Source: Neocallimastix sp. 'constans'
Lineage: Eukaryota
Direction: 5' to 3'
NCBI GenBank assembly: GCA_050613775.1
Contig: JBODTK010000105.1
Span: forward strand, 558,001-579,703
DNA: 21,703 nucleotides
Both the position numbers and the translations under genes were made by a program. Each line of letters opens with the position of its first letter. Within the stretch, counting starts at the first letter, position 1. The notes below the pieces were generated by a model that saw only the letters and a program-made list of their open reading frames with translations, searched no databases and was not told where the DNA came from. This document shows positions 19,354 to 21,703 of the stretch, piece after piece.

Positions 19354-21410
19354 TGATACGGGGTGTCACTAAATACCTTGTATTTCCTATTAAATACTCT
19401 TAATAATAATAAAATAAAATTATTATTAAATATTCTTATTAAAATCTTTTATTAATATCAAATATAATAAAAATTATTATTAAATATTCTTATAAATTTC
19501 TTTTATTAATATTAAATATAATAAAAATTATTATTAAATATTCTTATAAATTTCTTTTATTAATATTAAATATAATAAAAATTATTAAATATTCTAATAA
19601 AAATCTTTTATTAATATCAAATATAATAAAAATTATTATTAAATATTCTTATTAAAATCTTTTATAATAAAAATTATTATTAAATATTCTTATATAATTC
19701 TTTTATTAATATTAAATATAATAAAAATTATTATTAAATATTCTTATTAAAATCTTTTATAATAAAAATTATTATTAAATATTCTTATAAAATTCTTTTA
19801 TTAATATTAAATATAATAAAAATTATTATTAAATATTCTTATTAAAATCTTTTATTAATATCAAATATAATAAAAATTATTAAATATTCTAATAAAAATC
19901 TTTTATTAATATTAAATATAATAAAAATTATTATTAAATATTCTTATTAAAATCTTTTATAATAAAAATTATTATTAAATATTCTTATAAAATTCTTTTA
20001 TTAATATTAAATATAATAAAAATTATTATTAAATATTCTTATTAAAATCTTTTATTAATATCAAATATAATAAAAATTATTAAATATTCTAATAAAAATC
20101 TATTATTAATATTAAATATAATAAAAATTATTATTAAATATTCTTATTAAAATCTTTTATAATAAAAATTATTATTAAATATTCTTATAAAATTCTTTTA
20201 TTAATATTAAATATAATAAAAATTATTATTAAATATTCTTATTAAAATCTTTTATTAATATCAAATATAATAAAAATTATTAAATATTCTAATAAAAATC
20301 TTTTATTAATATTAAATATAATAAAAATTATTATTAAATATTCTTATTAAAATCTTTTATAATAAAAATTATTATTAAATATTCTTATAAAATTCTTTTA
20401 TTAATATCAAATCTAATAAAAATTATTATTAAATATTCTTATTAAAATCTTTTATTAATATCAAATATGATAAAAATTATTATTAAATATTCTTATAAAT
20501 TTCTTTTATTAATATCAAATATAATAAAAATTATTATTAAATATTCTTATTAAAATCTTTTATAATAAAAATTATTATTAAATATTCTTATAAAATTCTT
20601 TTATTAATATTAAATATAATAAAAATTATTATTAAATATTCTTATTAAAATCTTTTATTAATATCAAATCTAATAAAAATAATTATTAAATATTTTATTA
20701 ATATTAAATATAATAAAAATTATTACTAAATATTCTTATTAAAAATTATATAATATTTAAATCATTACTAATTCTTATTTTTATATTAAGAATAATAAAA
20801 ACCTATTTCAATAAATATTTGATGTAAAATACAGAATTATAAGTTTCTGTATAATATTTTCTAAAACCTTTGAAATAAACTAAAAATAAAACAAAATTAA
20901 AAATAAATTAAATCTTTATTAAAATAAAAATGAACTAAAATACAGAAGAATTCCAATAATAAAAATGATCTAAAATACAGAAAATATCAATTCTGTATAA
21001 TTTTCTCTCTGAATAACAATATCATGAAGAAGCTACCGCCTGGAATGCCCTTCGTGATACAAGCTCCAAATTAATTTTTTTATATTTTTATTTAATAAAT
21101 GTTATTTTTTTTTTTTTAAAAAATAATTTAAAATAATAGTTAAAAATTAAAATAAAATAGTTATAATAGTTTTTTTTTTTATAAAGAATATATTAATAAT
21201 AAATAAAATGTATTAAAATAAAAGTATAAAAAGAAGAATAAATTTCTTTCTTTTTAATACTTGGAACAAATAATTTTAATTTTAAATTTAAATAAAGAAT
21301 ATTTTAAAATTTAATTTTTTTTCTTGTTTCCAAATTTATTTTTATAGTTATGTGTTAATATTTATTTTTTTGTTTTGAATATCTTAGTGTTTCAACCCCA
21401 GCCCGTATCA
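19354..21410 (+). mobile_element. 5' LTR of a family-A element (2057 bp); the element continues past the window end
   Basis: Perfect 9-bp inverted termini TGATACGGG/CCCGTATCA; homologous to 8822-9814; PBS follows after 8 nt. Confidence 0.92.
19405..20750. repeat. AT-rich minisatellite (about 54-bp unit with shorter variants) with a 200-bp higher-order repeat
   Basis: Unit ~TAAAAATTATTATTAAATATTCTTATWAAWTCTTTTATTAATATYAAATATAA. The same blocks recur at 19741, 19941, 20141 and 20341. Confidence 0.93.
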
Positions 21411-21418
21411 TAAAAATT

Positions 21419-21436
21419 TGGTGGAGAATCCGGGCG
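21419..21436 (+). promoter_or_regulatory. tRNA-Ala primer-binding site
   Basis: TGGTGGAGAATCCGGGCG, identical to 16402-16419. Confidence 0.9.
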
Positions 21437-21703
21437 CCTGAAACACATTATAAGATGAAAAGATGAAAGGAAACATTAGAATAAATATTAAACATATAAT
21501 TTTTTTTATTTAAACTTATTATTTTGTTATAGGGAATATAAAATTTATAAAACTTAAACTTTTTTTTTTGGAAAAATTATTTAATTTATTTTACTTAGTT
21601 ACACAAATTTTATACAAAAAAAAAAAAATTTTTTTTTGTGAAACTTAATTCGTAAATTTTATTTGTTATAATAAAACATTTATTTTTACTTATAATAATA
21701 ATA

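Noticed and set aside
19405..20750. CRISPR-like array
   Set aside because: No unique spacers; it is a continuous tandem repeat inside a eukaryotic LTR.

Overview
Extremely AT-rich eukaryotic DNA. The composition, GT-AG introns, the ankyrin repeat style and the retroelement proteins suggest an anaerobic gut fungus (Neocallimastigomycota); this is an inference. The left ~4.5 kb holds one spliced ankyrin-repeat gene (4 predicted exons, 1894-4532, 654 aa). The rest is a dense nest of LTR retrotransposons: a decayed gag-protease relic, several LTRs and solo LTRs, a broken Ty3/gypsy pol (RT-RNaseH-IN) with a solo LTR inside its integrase, a probable copia 5' end, a very young gag-only element with identical LTRs, and the start of another element whose LTR contains a satellite expansion. 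The main observation is that different LTR families are stacked head-to-tail with exactly 4 nt between them. The left stack has four LTRs (spacers CATT, CATT, TATT) and the right stack has two elements (CTGA on both sides of the first). This is the pattern expected from repeated integration into the same 4-bp target. The right stack starts 16 nt upstream of a degenerate tRNA-like Pol III A/B-box module. Together this suggests a Ty3/DGLT-A-like, position-specific, tRNA-Ala-primed gypsy system.
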